Assembly (NCBI GenBank): GCA_047601445.1 | Contig: JASGJH010000001.1 | Location: forward strand, 4,288,001 to 4,352,000 | Length of the DNA: 64,000 bases | Direction of reading: 5' to 3' | Source: Myxococcales bacterium | GTDB taxonomy: Bacteria; Myxococcota_A; Polyangia; Polyangiales; DASUME01 | Shown here: one piece after another, positions 10,314 to 19,971 of the stretch | Layout of the letters: each line of letters begins with the position of its first letter | How positions within the stretch are numbered: position 1 is the stretch's first letter | Made by a program: the position numbers and the translations under genes | Notes under the pieces: model-generated | The model's database searches: none | What the model saw: only the letters and a program-made list of their open reading frames with translations | What the model was told of the DNA's origin: nothing

Positions 10314-11729
10314 ATGCGCAAGTTGGTCACAGCGGGCGGATTCTCCCGCGAGCATTCCATCATCGTCGTCTTTGCGCTCGCGCTCAGTGCGGCCCTGGGT
10401 ATCGTGCCTCAGCGCGTTCAGGCTAGCGGCTGGTACTTCACCGAGCGCGGTGTGCGCTCCCTGGGGCGCGGCGGCGCCTTCGTGGCCGGGGCCAAGGGTG
10501 CCGAGTCGCTGTGGATCAACCCTGCGGGTCTCAAGGGCTCCGGAAACAGCTTCACCATGGAAGGGAACCTGAACTTCCTGCGCGGCTCATTCCAGCGACT
10601 GGACGACGCGGGCACCGTGCGCGCCAAAGAAGATGTCGAGATCGCCTATCTTCCGATCCCGATGTTCGCCGTCACCAAGGATTTCGGACTCGAAGACTTC
10701 AGCTTCGGCTTCGGCGTCTACCTGCCACAATTCGCCGTCACCAGCTGGCCGAGCCAGGTGAACGGCGGACCCGCTCCGAACCGCTACTCGCTGTACTCGA
10801 TCAAGGGCAGCATCTTCGGCAACTTCACAGCTGGTGTCGCCTACCACGGCATCCCGGGTCTCTCGCTCGGGCTAACGGCTGCACTCATCACAGGTCGCTT
10901 CAAGGCGTCGACCGCACTCAGCGCTTGCGACGGCTTTCTCTGCGTCAACCCCGAAGATCCCACGTTCGACGTAACCGCGAGCATCACGATGCGCCGCTTC
11001 GCGAGCGTGATGATCGGCGCCGGCCTGATATACGATATGGGCCCCGTCAGCATAGGAGCTTCGCTCCAACCCCCCTGGAACATGAAGGGCCGGACGGACC
11101 TCGACGTGACCCTGCCGAGCGATCCCGCCTTTTCGCAGGCCAAGATCGAAGGAACCGGGGGGAAGATGGACGTGCCCTTCCCGTGGATCGGACGCGTGGG
11201 CGTCGAAGTGCATCCCAGCGAATCATTTCGTTTCGAGCTCGCCGCCGTGTATGAAGGTTGGTCACGCCAGGACGAAATCACAGTCAAGGCCAACGACATG
11301 TGGATCCGTGACGTGATCGGGATCGGAGACTACCAAGTAGGCTCGATCAAGATCCAGCGCATGATGAGCGACGCCTACAGCTTCCGTGGCGGCTTCGAGT
11401 ACTTCATGGAAGACATGGGACTGACCCTCCGCATGGGAGCGTCCTACGACACCACGGCCATCAAGGACAAGGCCATGTCTCCAATGACGCTGGATGCCAA
11501 CAAGGTCGTCGCGGGCATGGGCGTCACGCTCCATGCGGGATCCGTGCTCGACATCGACGTGCTCTACGGACACGTGTTCATGCCGGATCGACAGATCCGG
11601 AACAGCGAGATCATCCAGCCCACTGCCATTCGGCCGCCACAGTCGGCCGCCGCTCAGTCACACATCGGCAACGGAACCTACACCATGGAGTCCGACTTCG
11701 CCGGGCTTGGTGCAACGTTCCACTTCTGA
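10314..11729 (+). CDS. fadL: FadL/OmpP1/TodX-family outer membrane hydrophobic-compound channel
   Basis: Signal peptide (VQA-SG); GRGGAFVA...INPAGL hatch motif; FGFGVYLP; C-terminal Phe. Confidence 0.88.
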   Translation: MRKLVTAGGFSREHSIIVVFALALSAALGIVPQRVQASGWYFTERGVRSLGRGGAFVAGAKGAESLWINPAGLKGSGNSFTMEGNLNFLRGSFQRLDDAGTVRAKEDVEIAYLPIPMFAVTKDFGLEDFSFGFGVYLPQFAVTSWPSQVNGGPAPNRYSLYSIKGSIFGNFTAGVAYHGIPGLSLGLTAALITGRFKASTALSACDGFLCVNPEDPTFDVTASITMRRFASVMIGAGLIYDMGPVSIGASLQPPWNMKGRTDLDVTLPSDPAFSQAKIEGTGGKMDVPFPWIGRVGVEVHPSESFRFELAAVYEGWSRQDEITVKANDMWIRDVIGIGDYQVGSIKIQRMMSDAYSFRGGFEYFMEDMGLTLRMGASYDTTAIKDKAMSPMTLDANKVVAGMGVTLHAGSVLDIDVLYGHVFMPDRQIRNSEIIQPTAIRPPQSAAAQSHIGNGTYTMESDFAGLGATFHF

Positions 11730-11812
11730 ATCGGCAATGTGCTCGAAGTCAAACTCCGAGGCCCACCGCGAACCGAGCGACTGGCGCCGGGCAACCGCGC
11801 TGCGAAAAGCGC

Positions 11813-12592
11813 CTACGACTCGAATCCTCGCGAGGAGAAGCGCCGTCTGGCCCAACGATAGGTAGCGGCCGCCACTCGGAGCAGCGGCACCCGGTCGTAC
11901 CAGTTGGGCGTGATGTCGCTGCGCGAGCTGGATTGGGTGCCCAGAGTTGGGTTCGTGGCCAGGGTCAGGGCTTGAGGATGTTGCAAGCGGTAGGTGTAGA
12001 GAGCACCGTCCAAGTGCATGCGACCGCCGCGCGGGTCGCCGGGCGGACGGGACAGCACCTCTTCCAAGAAATGCGCGACCTTCTCGATGTACTCGCCGCG
12101 CACGGCGTAGAAGTGGGCTGAGCCAAGGCCATCGGCATAGGGGCCGATCGGTGAGGGCGGTAGTGGGTCACCGACTTCCCCATAGCCGAGGTACGCGAGA
12201 GCCCAGTCGTCCTGACACAGACGCTCGACAATCTGTGCTTCTCGTTCCACGAACAGCGGCGAGATCGCCAGGTCGTCTTCGATGATCAGCACGCTACGCA
12301 GACCTTCGCGCTGGGCCTGCCGAAGGATCGCGAGATGACTCAAGAAGCAACCGTGCGCGCCCAGGCTCGGAAAGCCGGCGAGCTCGCTGGCCGTGCGAGC
12401 GCGAAAAAACTCGACCTTCGAAGGGTCGACCAGGCCTGCACGCACGAGCTCGGCCTCTACACTGCGTCGTCGATCGGTACGCTCCGGCAGATTGATCACG
12501 AATGCCCGATCGAAGTACTCCAACAGACGCTGTGGACGCGCCGCACGCCTTGCATCGTTGTCCAGGGCGTCCTGCCCGATCAAACCGCTCAT
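11813..12592 (-). CDS. Glycosyltransferase family 25 (LPS biosynthesis-type)
   Basis: VINLPERTDRR, GCFLSH, IIEDD. Confidence 0.9.
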   Translation of the reverse strand: MSGLIGQDALDNDARRAARPQRLLEYFDRAFVINLPERTDRRRSVEAELVRAGLVDPSKVEFFRARTASELAGFPSLGAHGCFLSHLAILRQAQREGLRSVLIIEDDLAISPLFVEREAQIVERLCQDDWALAYLGYGEVGDPLPPSPIGPYADGLGSAHFYAVRGEYIEKVAHFLEEVLSRPPGDPRGGRMHLDGALYTYRLQHPQALTLATNPTLGTQSSSRSDITPNWYDRVPLLRVAAATYRWARRRFSSRGFES

Positions 12593-13132
12593 GCGTCAAC
12601 CTCCGAAACGAAGCTCGTGAATCGTGTTCGTGCGCACCTTCGACGTCAAATCGTCGCGTCGCGTCTCCAATTCGGCACGCTCGCATTGGAGCACGTCGCA
12701 CGAACGTCTATTCGAGCTTGACCATGCTGCTCCTGGAACGGATGGCCAATTCGTCCGCGCGACGAAGAGCCAAGTCTTCCGGCCTCGTTGCGCCGGGACC
12801 CCGGGTGATGCCGGCGTCTGCACGCACCCTGCTCGTCCGTCGCGACGAGCAGGCGGCGCTCGCGGCACACAATGACCTGGTCTCGCTCGTGCGCGCGAGA
12901 GTGCCTCCCGATGGTCCCGCGACGAGCCGATCTCCGCTTGTTCGAATCAGCCAATGCAGAGCCGTCTTCGAGATTCATGCGGCTCACTGAGGCCACGCCA
13001 ACTCACCTGTGTCAGTGCTGCGAACCGATGCTCTCGAAGACGCACGAGCGCACATGGCGAACGCTCACGCAGCTCGACCCAAGCCGTCGAGATTGCGTGC
13101 CTGGCGCTCCGTGGCGAAGCCTCGCCGGAAGC

Positions 13133-13148
13133 AGGCCCGAGGTTTGCA
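13133..13148 (+). promoter_or_regulatory. Putative sigma-54 promoter
   Basis: AGGCCCGAGGTTTGCA = GG-N10-GC with TTGCA, about 55 bp upstream of ATG 13201. Confidence 0.5.
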
Positions 13149-13200
13149 AACGGGATGGCGCTCAGTGAGCGCCCACCATGGGCATCGCGGGAGTAACATC

Positions 13201-14370
13201 ATGTCTGTTCGAAGTCTGTTCCTGAGTGGAAGGCTGAGTATGGCCGTCGCGTTGATTGCGGTCGGTGCCTGTAGCGACAGCAGCTCGGGCACAACGAGCG
13301 CGATCTCGAACGCCTATGGAGATGGCGACGGCGATGGAACGAGCGGGGGCTCCAACTCCGCCACCTACACCCCCACCGCGTTGGTCGGCGATACCAGCGG
13401 ATCAGCCCCGGTCGTCGATCCGAATCTGATCAATCCCTGGGGAATTGCCTATGGTCCTGACACCGCGTTCTGGGTCGCCGACAACGGTACCGGGAAGTCG
13501 ACCGTGTACGATGGCAAGGGCGCTCCACAGCCGGCCAACGCACCGCTGATCGTGGGCATGCCGCTGCCCGCAGGCTCAGCCGATAAGGCCGCAAAGCCCA
13601 CGGGCATCGCGTACTACGGTGGCAAGGCGTTCAAGGTGAGTGCAAGCGGTGAGAGCGCGAGCGCAAGGTTCCTGTTCGCGACCGAACAGGGCACCATCCT
13701 GGGCTGGACGTCGGACCTGACGCCCGACGAGGCGATTCTGGCGGTCGACGCGTCCGGCGACGATGCGATCTTCAAGGGGCTCACGCTGGTGCCACACGAC
13801 AAATCGGAGTGGCTCGCGGTCACGGACTTTCACAATGGCGTGATCAGGGTCTACGACGACAAGTTCAAGCCGGTCACCCTGGCGAAGGGCGCCTTCGTGG
13901 ATTCCGATCTTCCCCAGGGCTACGCGCCCTTCGGTATCCAGCTCGTCGGCAAGTACGTCTACGTGACCTACGCTCAACAGGACGCTGACAAGGAGGACGA
14001 TGTGCCTGGCGAGGGCCTGGGTTATGTGAGTCAGTTCAAGACCGACGGCACGTTCGTCAAGCAAGTCATCTCGAAGACGGTCCTCAACGCTCCGTGGGCG
14101 GTGGCCGTCGCGCCCAAGCGATTCGGCAAGTTCGGCGGCGCGTTGCTGATCGGCAATTTCGGCGACGGCACAATCAACGCATTCGACAGCAAGAGCCACA
14201 AGCTCTTGGGAACTCTCAGCGGCGGCAATGGAAAGCCCCTCGTCATCGATGGCTTGTGGGGATTGGTCGCGGGCAATGGCAAGGGGGCTGGCTCCAGTAA
14301 CACGCTCTACTTCACGGCGGGGCCAAGCGACGAAAGCCACGGCGTGTTCGGAAAAATCGAGGCGAAATGA
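13201..14370 (+). CDS. TIGR03118-family beta-propeller lipoprotein
   Basis: DPNLINPWGIA, FWVADNGTG, PTGI, FATEQGTI, YAPFGIQ, LNAPW, IGNFGDG, IDGLWGL, LYFTAGP..E.HG.FG; lipobox VGAC. Confidence 0.9.
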   Translation: MSVRSLFLSGRLSMAVALIAVGACSDSSSGTTSAISNAYGDGDGDGTSGGSNSATYTPTALVGDTSGSAPVVDPNLINPWGIAYGPDTAFWVADNGTGKSTVYDGKGAPQPANAPLIVGMPLPAGSADKAAKPTGIAYYGGKAFKVSASGESASARFLFATEQGTILGWTSDLTPDEAILAVDASGDDAIFKGLTLVPHDKSEWLAVTDFHNGVIRVYDDKFKPVTLAKGAFVDSDLPQGYAPFGIQLVGKYVYVTYAQQDADKEDDVPGEGLGYVSQFKTDGTFVKQVISKTVLNAPWAVAVAPKRFGKFGGALLIGNFGDGTINAFDSKSHKLLGTLSGGNGKPLVIDGLWGLVAGNGKGAGSSNTLYFTAGPSDESHGVFGKIEAK

Positions 14371-14471
14371 CGTGTGTGCGCGTGCTCGAAGCACGCTGAA
14401 AGGAGGAGTCTCAACTGGAGGACCAACGTGATCGGCCCACGCACAGTGCGCCGGTCACGGGCCTTCAGGGG

Positions 14472-15323
14472 CTATTGGCCGCAGAACGGCGCGAAGGGCA
14501 CGCTGCCGAGCGCCACACGGGGCAAGTTGAAGGGCATGCAGGCCCCCTGTGCTGGATCGCAACGATAGGGCGTCTCACGTCCGCAGTCGTCATCGGTCTG
14601 GCATGCGAGGGAATAGTAGGGCCCGCCCGGACCACCGTAGATCAGGGCCCCCTCGGCTGGCACACAGCCTTGCTTTGCATCGACCATGCAAAAGCCGCCG
14701 GGCCACGGCACGATGAAGCGATCGACGCACTGCCCCGCACCACATTCGCTCGGTTCGTGACAGGGAGCCCCCAACGGCACATCACACTGTGGACTGGTGG
14801 GCGGTACATCCGGCCGGCACGGCAGTGGCGCGAAGACCATGTGCAGACCAGGCTCGACATCGATGCGTGCGGGTCCGACGCGCGCGGGCAAGCGGCGGCT
14901 GGCATATACCAAGGCATAGGGCCCGAGGCCGCCAGCCCACGGTTCGTTGGGGTCTCGCCGAGCGTTCTGATTCAGGTCTTCGTAGACCATGATGCGCCCC
15001 AAGGCGAAGTCGCGCTCGTCGGGCCGAGTAGGATCCCAGGCGAGCATCGGCGAAGGCTCCTCGAACAGATTCAGCGTGTAGTTGGCGCCGTCGCGCGCCG
15101 GCTGCGAGGTCGACACCTGCTCCACCAGATCTTCGGCCCCATCCTGGAGTCCGTGGGCCCAGAACGCGGCCGCGCGCGGATGCCGCAGCGGAACCCCGGT
15201 CTCGTTCGCGACGGTGGTGCGCACCGTGTCGAGGGGAACGCCGCGGTAGCTCTGGTCCACCAGCGTGTCGCACCCGGGAAGTCCGAGCGCGAACAAGGCG
15301 AGCCCTACTCTCACAGACGCCAT
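14472..15323 (-). CDS. Cys-rich lipoprotein, last gene of ECF-caspase operon
   Basis: Lipobox LPGC; DLNQNARRD Ca-loop-like; C-terminal Cys repeats (WPGGFC, CQTDDDC); overlaps caspase stop. Confidence 0.8.
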   Translation of the reverse strand: MASVRVGLALFALGLPGCDTLVDQSYRGVPLDTVRTTVANETGVPLRHPRAAAFWAHGLQDGAEDLVEQVSTSQPARDGANYTLNLFEEPSPMLAWDPTRPDERDFALGRIMVYEDLNQNARRDPNEPWAGGLGPYALVYASRRLPARVGPARIDVEPGLHMVFAPLPCRPDVPPTSPQCDVPLGAPCHEPSECGAGQCVDRFIVPWPGGFCMVDAKQGCVPAEGALIYGGPGGPYYSLACQTDDDCGRETPYRCDPAQGACMPFNLPRVALGSVPFAPFCGQ

Positions 15324-16894
15324 ACGAGTCCCCCCGCTGCCCACCAGGTCAGGATCGAAGCGAGCTCGCTCGCATGGGCCGCGCCGTCCTGCACCTGTGA
15401 GCGCTGAAAGAGCGCCGTCATCGGCCCCGCCTCGAGGTGGAGCGCGGCCCCCGCGAAGAGCGGGCACTCGAGCATCGCGAAGGCACCCAAGTTCACGCCG
15501 TAGGCCAACCGTACGGGCTGCGGTGCGCCCACGGTCTGACGATGCACGCCGCCCTCGAACAACACGCCCAGGCCCACGCTGGCCCAGCGCAGGTCCTTGA
15601 CCCGAGCAAAGGTCAGCCCCGCCATCAGCTCGTCGTGATGGCCTTCGCGCTGGTGATCGTCGTAGTGGAGAGTCGTCCGCCCCAGGCGTGCCCGAAGAGA
15701 CATGCTCAACCAGGAAAAATCGAGCCCATACCCAAGCACAAGCTGAGGCGCGAGACCGGCATCGATCAACTCACCGTGCACCCCTCCGAGCGCCAAGAGC
15801 CCCTGGGTCGGCGGACGGGAGACATGCTCGCTGCCCCCCTTGCGCACCAGTCGGTCGTAGCGAATGGCCTCGTAGGCAGACTGACCGAGGTCCAGCTCGC
15901 TTCCGCTCGCCACCTCCACCCGATACTCCCTGTATTCGTCGGGAAAGCGCTGCTGGATCGTATAAGCCCCCGCCGGCAGCGCGATCCGCGTGCCTGCCTT
16001 GTCGGGAGACAGCTCGGCCAGCACGTGGCCGCCACGTGCCGCGGTGATCAAGTAGGTTGCGCTCTCGGCGAGGCGCACCGTGCCAGCGTGAGCGGCCTGG
16101 AGGTCCAGGCGCGAGAGCACGATCGGCGCACGTCCCTTGACGTCGTATTCGTAGGTCGGGTGCTGCAACGCCACGGTGCGACCCGTGGAGGCCAGCGTCT
16201 GTGCGTAGGCGTAGGCGTAGGTCTCGTTCAGCGTGACTTGGCGATCCCCATCGCGGTCCGCCGCACCACGCAGCGCGTTCACCAGGTGATGGGAGAAGAA
16301 CGAGCCCTGCAGGGCATCGGACTCCTGGCTCGACTCACCGGCGGCGCTCGAGGTGATGATGACGCTACCCTCGGCCGAGCCCTGCCCCTCCACGGAGATC
16401 TGAAAAGACGGCGCCGGTTTCACGCCTTTCACCCGCGTCACTTCCCCAGAGCGACAAGAGTCGACCACCAGGATGCGCACGCTCGCCGGAGAACCAGCGA
16501 CCAGGTTGCGCAACTCTTCGAACGGGAGACGCGTGGAGTCCATGTGCAGCGCGTCGGCGTCGGCGTGACCCGAGTAGAACACGATCAACGTGCTGGGGCG
16601 CTCCTTCGAGCTGTGGTTGCGGATCTCGGTGTTGGTCTCGAGCAGCGTGCGCCGCACCGTATCGACCTGCTCCCCCAACAACATGGTGCTGCGCCGCCCC
16701 GAGACGCCTCCGAACATGCGGAGCACCTCGGCGATCTCCTTGGCGTCCCGCTCCGCATAGAGCAGCGTGGTCTCGCTGCGGTCCCCCTGGTTGTTGCCGA
16801 TCGAGACCAGCCAGGTGTTCGCGTCTTCGGCGCGCGCCGCCACCGCGAAACTCAAGTAGTAGGCCGCAGCCCACGCACATAGGAAACGGATCAT
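15311..16894 (-). CDS. Secreted caspase-family (peptidase C14) protein with probable C-terminal beta-barrel
   Basis: Signal peptide (ARA-E); IGNNQG, LYAERDA, FYSGHA (catalytic His), DSCRSG (catalytic Cys), SQESDAL.GSFFSH; amphipathic strands ending GGLVWRL. Confidence 0.88.
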   Translation of the reverse strand: MIRFLCAWAAAYYLSFAVAARAEDANTWLVSIGNNQGDRSETTLLYAERDAKEIAEVLRMFGGVSGRRSTMLLGEQVDTVRRTLLETNTEIRNHSSKERPSTLIVFYSGHADADALHMDSTRLPFEELRNLVAGSPASVRILVVDSCRSGEVTRVKGVKPAPSFQISVEGQGSAEGSVIITSSAAGESSQESDALQGSFFSHHLVNALRGAADRDGDRQVTLNETYAYAYAQTLASTGRTVALQHPTYEYDVKGRAPIVLSRLDLQAAHAGTVRLAESATYLITAARGGHVLAELSPDKAGTRIALPAGAYTIQQRFPDEYREYRVEVASGSELDLGQSAYEAIRYDRLVRKGGSEHVSRPPTQGLLALGGVHGELIDAGLAPQLVLGYGLDFSWLSMSLRARLGRTTLHYDDHQREGHHDELMAGLTFARVKDLRWASVGLGVLFEGGVHRQTVGAPQPVRLAYGVNLGAFAMLECPLFAGAALHLEAGPMTALFQRSQVQDGAAHASELASILTWWAAGGLVWRL

Positions 16895-17661
16895 CGGGCC
16901 TTTTCCAGACGGAAGCCACTGGTGGTGCAGCCCTCTGCGCACGTCGGCGAAGCATCGGGGCCGCGGCTCACGCAGTGTTCGGGGCTCGGACAGTGCACCA
17001 ACCAGAGAGACTCATGCCCTGCGGATGCGTCCAACTCGACCGCTCCCTCCAGCAATTCGTCCTGCAATTTGGGCATTTGCTTCGCGCTGCTGCCATCGAG
17101 GGGCCACGCCGTGTAGCGCTTGCCGTCCGCTTCGATGCCCACCACGCTGACGAAGCCAGACCCGGGCGTGGAGATGGAGAAGCGCAGGCGGTCGCCCGCT
17201 TGGAATCGACTTCCGCTCGAGGCCTCTTCGCTGTGCCCGTCGCGCGCCCTGAATATGCGCAGCTTCAAGCCTCCCTTGAGCCGCGTGGTTTGCACGAGCG
17301 CGGACTCCCCATCGCCGGGTACCGCGACTGGCCGCCAGAGAGCCAACACCGCAGCTGCCGCCACCGCCAAGCCACCGAAACCGCTCATCAGCGCCTTCCA
17401 GCGCCAGCCACGCGCAGCAGCTCGCGGAGCTACCTGCTCCTGGGCGACGATGCGCTGCAACACCGCGCGGCTATCGAGCTCGGGAAAGGCCTGAAATCCA
17501 CGCTGCCGCTCCCGTAGGACCGCCTTGCAGTGCTCACAAGCGTTCAGGTGGGACTCGAGTGCGCGCTTCGCCTCGAAGGAGAGTTCACCCGCGACCAGGC
17601 GGTCGAGCGCCAGGTCGGACGGACAATCGGGAGAGACGCGAACGAACTCCGTGCTCATCAC
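16891..17661 (-). CDS. Zinc-binding anti-sigma factor (zf-HC2, TM, DUF4384-like domain)
   Basis: HLNACEHC (HxxxCxxC); single TM; RLKGG...GDRLRF C-terminal domain. Confidence 0.85.
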   Translation of the reverse strand: MMSTEFVRVSPDCPSDLALDRLVAGELSFEAKRALESHLNACEHCKAVLRERQRGFQAFPELDSRAVLQRIVAQEQVAPRAAARGWRWKALMSGFGGLAVAAAAVLALWRPVAVPGDGESALVQTTRLKGGLKLRIFRARDGHSEEASSGSRFQAGDRLRFSISTPGSGFVSVVGIEADGKRYTAWPLDGSSAKQMPKLQDELLEGAVELDASAGHESLWLVHCPSPEHCVSRGPDASPTCAEGCTTSGFRLEKAR

Positions 17662-18224
17662 TCCACCTCGGTGCGCGTCACCGCAGACTGCGGTCGCTCC
17701 TGCTCACGTGTCCCGGACGACGGGCGCTCGCGGCATCCCTGCAATTCTGCCTGCGCCCAGGCCTGAAAGCGCTCGAGCAGGTTTCCCACCGTGCGCCGTG
17801 ACACGCCCAGCAACTCGGCGACCTCATCGTGGGACATACCGTCGACGAACACGTACACCGCCGCCTGACCTTCGCGCTCGTCGGCCCGCGCGAGCAACCC
17901 GCGCATCACGAAGGCGTCGAACATCCCAGTCGTTGCACCGTTCTCGGCGGTGGTTCCGTGAATCTCCATCAGCTCGTCCCGCCGGCGTCGATCCCGCAGC
18001 GTGTTGAGGCAGTAGTTCGTGGTGATCCGATAGAGCCAGGTGGTGGTGGTGCTGCGCTGTTCGAAGTCGTCGGAGCCCCGCATGACGCGGATGAACACTT
18101 CCTGCAGGGCTTCCTGTGCGTCCTCGGGGTTGCCCAGAATGCGCAGCGCTCGGCGATACACCATCGGCCCGTGCTGCTCGTACAGACGCGCGAGCGTGCG
18201 TCCGTCGATCGTCTCGCCCCCCAT
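17658..18224 (-). CDS. ECF RNA polymerase sigma factor
   Basis: LYEQHG.MVYRRA, DAQEALQEVF, TWLYRITTNYCLN, GMSHDEVAELLGVSRRTV; real start at 18224, not 18854. Confidence 0.92.
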   Translation of the reverse strand: MGGETIDGRTLARLYEQHGPMVYRRALRILGNPEDAQEALQEVFIRVMRGSDDFEQRSTTTTWLYRITTNYCLNTLRDRRRRDELMEIHGTTAENGATTGMFDAFVMRGLLARADEREGQAAVYVFVDGMSHDEVAELLGVSRRTVGNLLERFQAWAQAELQGCRERPSSGTREQERPQSAVTRTEVE

Positions 18225-18525
18225 TTCGCGAGATGATAAGGGAGCCAGGTCGGCGGCGAAAGTTGCCGTCAGTGAAACAGCAGGGGCACAGCTCTGAGGC
18301 ACGTAGATTGGACACGTGGCCGAACTCGGCGGGCAAACGTGGCATACCCTTTTTTTTGCTCGCGCGCACATTCCCCCAGCATCTCCCACAGCCCCCCTGC
18401 GCCCTGCGGCCGGACCGCGCAGTGACTTGTGTCGGACAGCGCACCGCCGCGGCGTTTCGAGGCCGATTTCCTCGCGCTCCTGCGCTCGTCGTTGCCCAAT
18501 TGCGCGCGCCACGGGTCGAACCAGC

Positions 18526-19137
18526 ATGGCAAACCCAGAGCGACTCGAGGTCCTTCGCACGTCGGTCACGCAAAAGTGCGCGTTGGCGGCGAACATCGTC
18601 AACGCCCGCCTTGCCCAGCATCGCATCGGCGATCGACGCGCCCCGCGGGTCCTGCAGGTCAGCATGCCAGACGCCCCGAGCAGCCAGGGCGGGCGCACCG
18701 CACGCCAGGCCATCCGGCTGGTGACCACCCACGGACCGCAACTGCCGCTGATGTGCGGTTGGCTGGAAGTTACGCACGAGCGCGCAGAGCTACGGACGTA
18801 CGCCAGCCTGGCGGCGCAACACCGCGACCGCTTCGGGCGCAGCATCACCTGCACACGTGACGACTACAGCGCGCTCATGGGAGCGCTCGAAGAGCTCTTG
18901 TCCGGGATGGGCATCCAAGTGGTCTACGTGGAGCGCAGCGACGCCGACGGGCTGTCAGGAAGCAGCCCTGCTCCGCGCAGTGCGCAGCCGGGCTCGAACG
19001 GAGGACTGGCCGCCGCGGCCGGAATGCTGCTCGTGCTCTCCGGCATCGGCTTCGCATGGTTGCTGGCCGACGTTCCGAATGCGGGTAAGCGGGCCTTGGC
19101 GCAGCCGGTGGCAGCGGCTAACGCCGATGCGCGCTAA
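18526..19137 (+). CDS. Hypothetical protein with C-terminal TM helix
   Basis: Plausible globular sequence (PSSQGGRTARQAIRL, AELRTY) that I recall from myxobacterial hypotheticals; C-terminal hydrophobic helix. Confidence 0.65.
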   Translation: MANPERLEVLRTSVTQKCALAANIVNARLAQHRIGDRRAPRVLQVSMPDAPSSQGGRTARQAIRLVTTHGPQLPLMCGWLEVTHERAELRTYASLAAQHRDRFGRSITCTRDDYSALMGALEELLSGMGIQVVYVERSDADGLSGSSPAPRSAQPGSNGGLAAAAGMLLVLSGIGFAWLLADVPNAGKRALAQPVAAANADAR

Positions 19138-19180
19138 GCGCCCACTCTCGCCGCTCCTCGGCATCCAACGTCTCGGCGGT

Positions 19181-19732
19181 TCAGCCCTTGCGCGCCAGCC
19201 AAGTCAACCGATATTCGCAGTACGGAGCGCCCTGGCGCGTGCAGGAGGCATGCGCCACGGCTGGCATCAATACACCGGTGCGTTCCAGGAGAGAAAGGAG
19301 CAGGCCCTCCTGCAGCACACAGTTGAAAGTCTGCGTGCGCCGCATCACGAGGGAGCTCGCGGATTGCTCGGTGATTTCCCAACCCCGTCCCTTGGGATCT
19401 CGGATCATCGTGCTGGCCGCCCACTTCAACGACTCCATGATGGCCAGCGGCGTGGGCTTCTGCAGCTTCGCGCTCCTCACGATGGTGTCGTAGACGCGCT
19501 GACCGATGGCGCGTCCCGCGCTTCGCACGCTCGCGCTGCCCACGTTCTTCTCGATCCAGTCGCAGATATCATTGTAGCGCTGCATGTCGGTGAATTGCTC
19601 GGGACGCGCAGGATCGAGGTTCGCCGCCATCTCAAAGGCTGGCTTACACAAGCTGCGTACGCGCTCGTATTCCGCGAGAACATCAAACACAAACCCGGAC
19701 ATGAGGGTCACTCCCTCAGTGGACTCGTCCAT
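19181..19732 (-). CDS. Stand-alone V4R/H-NOX-like ligand-binding protein
   Basis: C-terminal HASCTRQGAPYCEYRLTW, FNC..QEG; AG..IG helix; GGGGG RBS. Confidence 0.6.
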   Translation of the reverse strand: MDESTEGVTLMSGFVFDVLAEYERVRSLCKPAFEMAANLDPARPEQFTDMQRYNDICDWIEKNVGSASVRSAGRAIGQRVYDTIVRSAKLQKPTPLAIMESLKWAASTMIRDPKGRGWEITEQSASSLVMRRTQTFNCVLQEGLLLSLLERTGVLMPAVAHASCTRQGAPYCEYRLTWLARKG

Positions 19733-19971
19733 TCTTCCCCCCTTTGGTGGAAATACCCTCCGCGAATATTGGACACAAGGTTGAAGTCTTCCTGAGCACT
19801 CCACCTAAGTAAGGCTCCGCCCAGGGTGGCCAGCTCCCGAACGGCATCGCTCACGGACACACTGGCAGGCCCGCAGGCGGACGCTGCATTCTTTTCAGCG
19901 CCCTGGAACGACATGATCCAAGGCCCGTTGCGAGCCCCACGCGTCACGACCCCCCGTGATAGGTTGCAGCC

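Noticed and set aside
12593..13200. Short ORFs in the 600-bp divergent gap
   Set aside because: No clear RBS or family signal; more likely a sigma-54 enhancer/promoter region, though a small gene cannot be excluded
17658..18854. 398-aa ORF as an N-terminally extended ECF sigma
   Set aside because: Extension is low-information and overlaps the divergent gene at 18526; sigma homology begins at 18224
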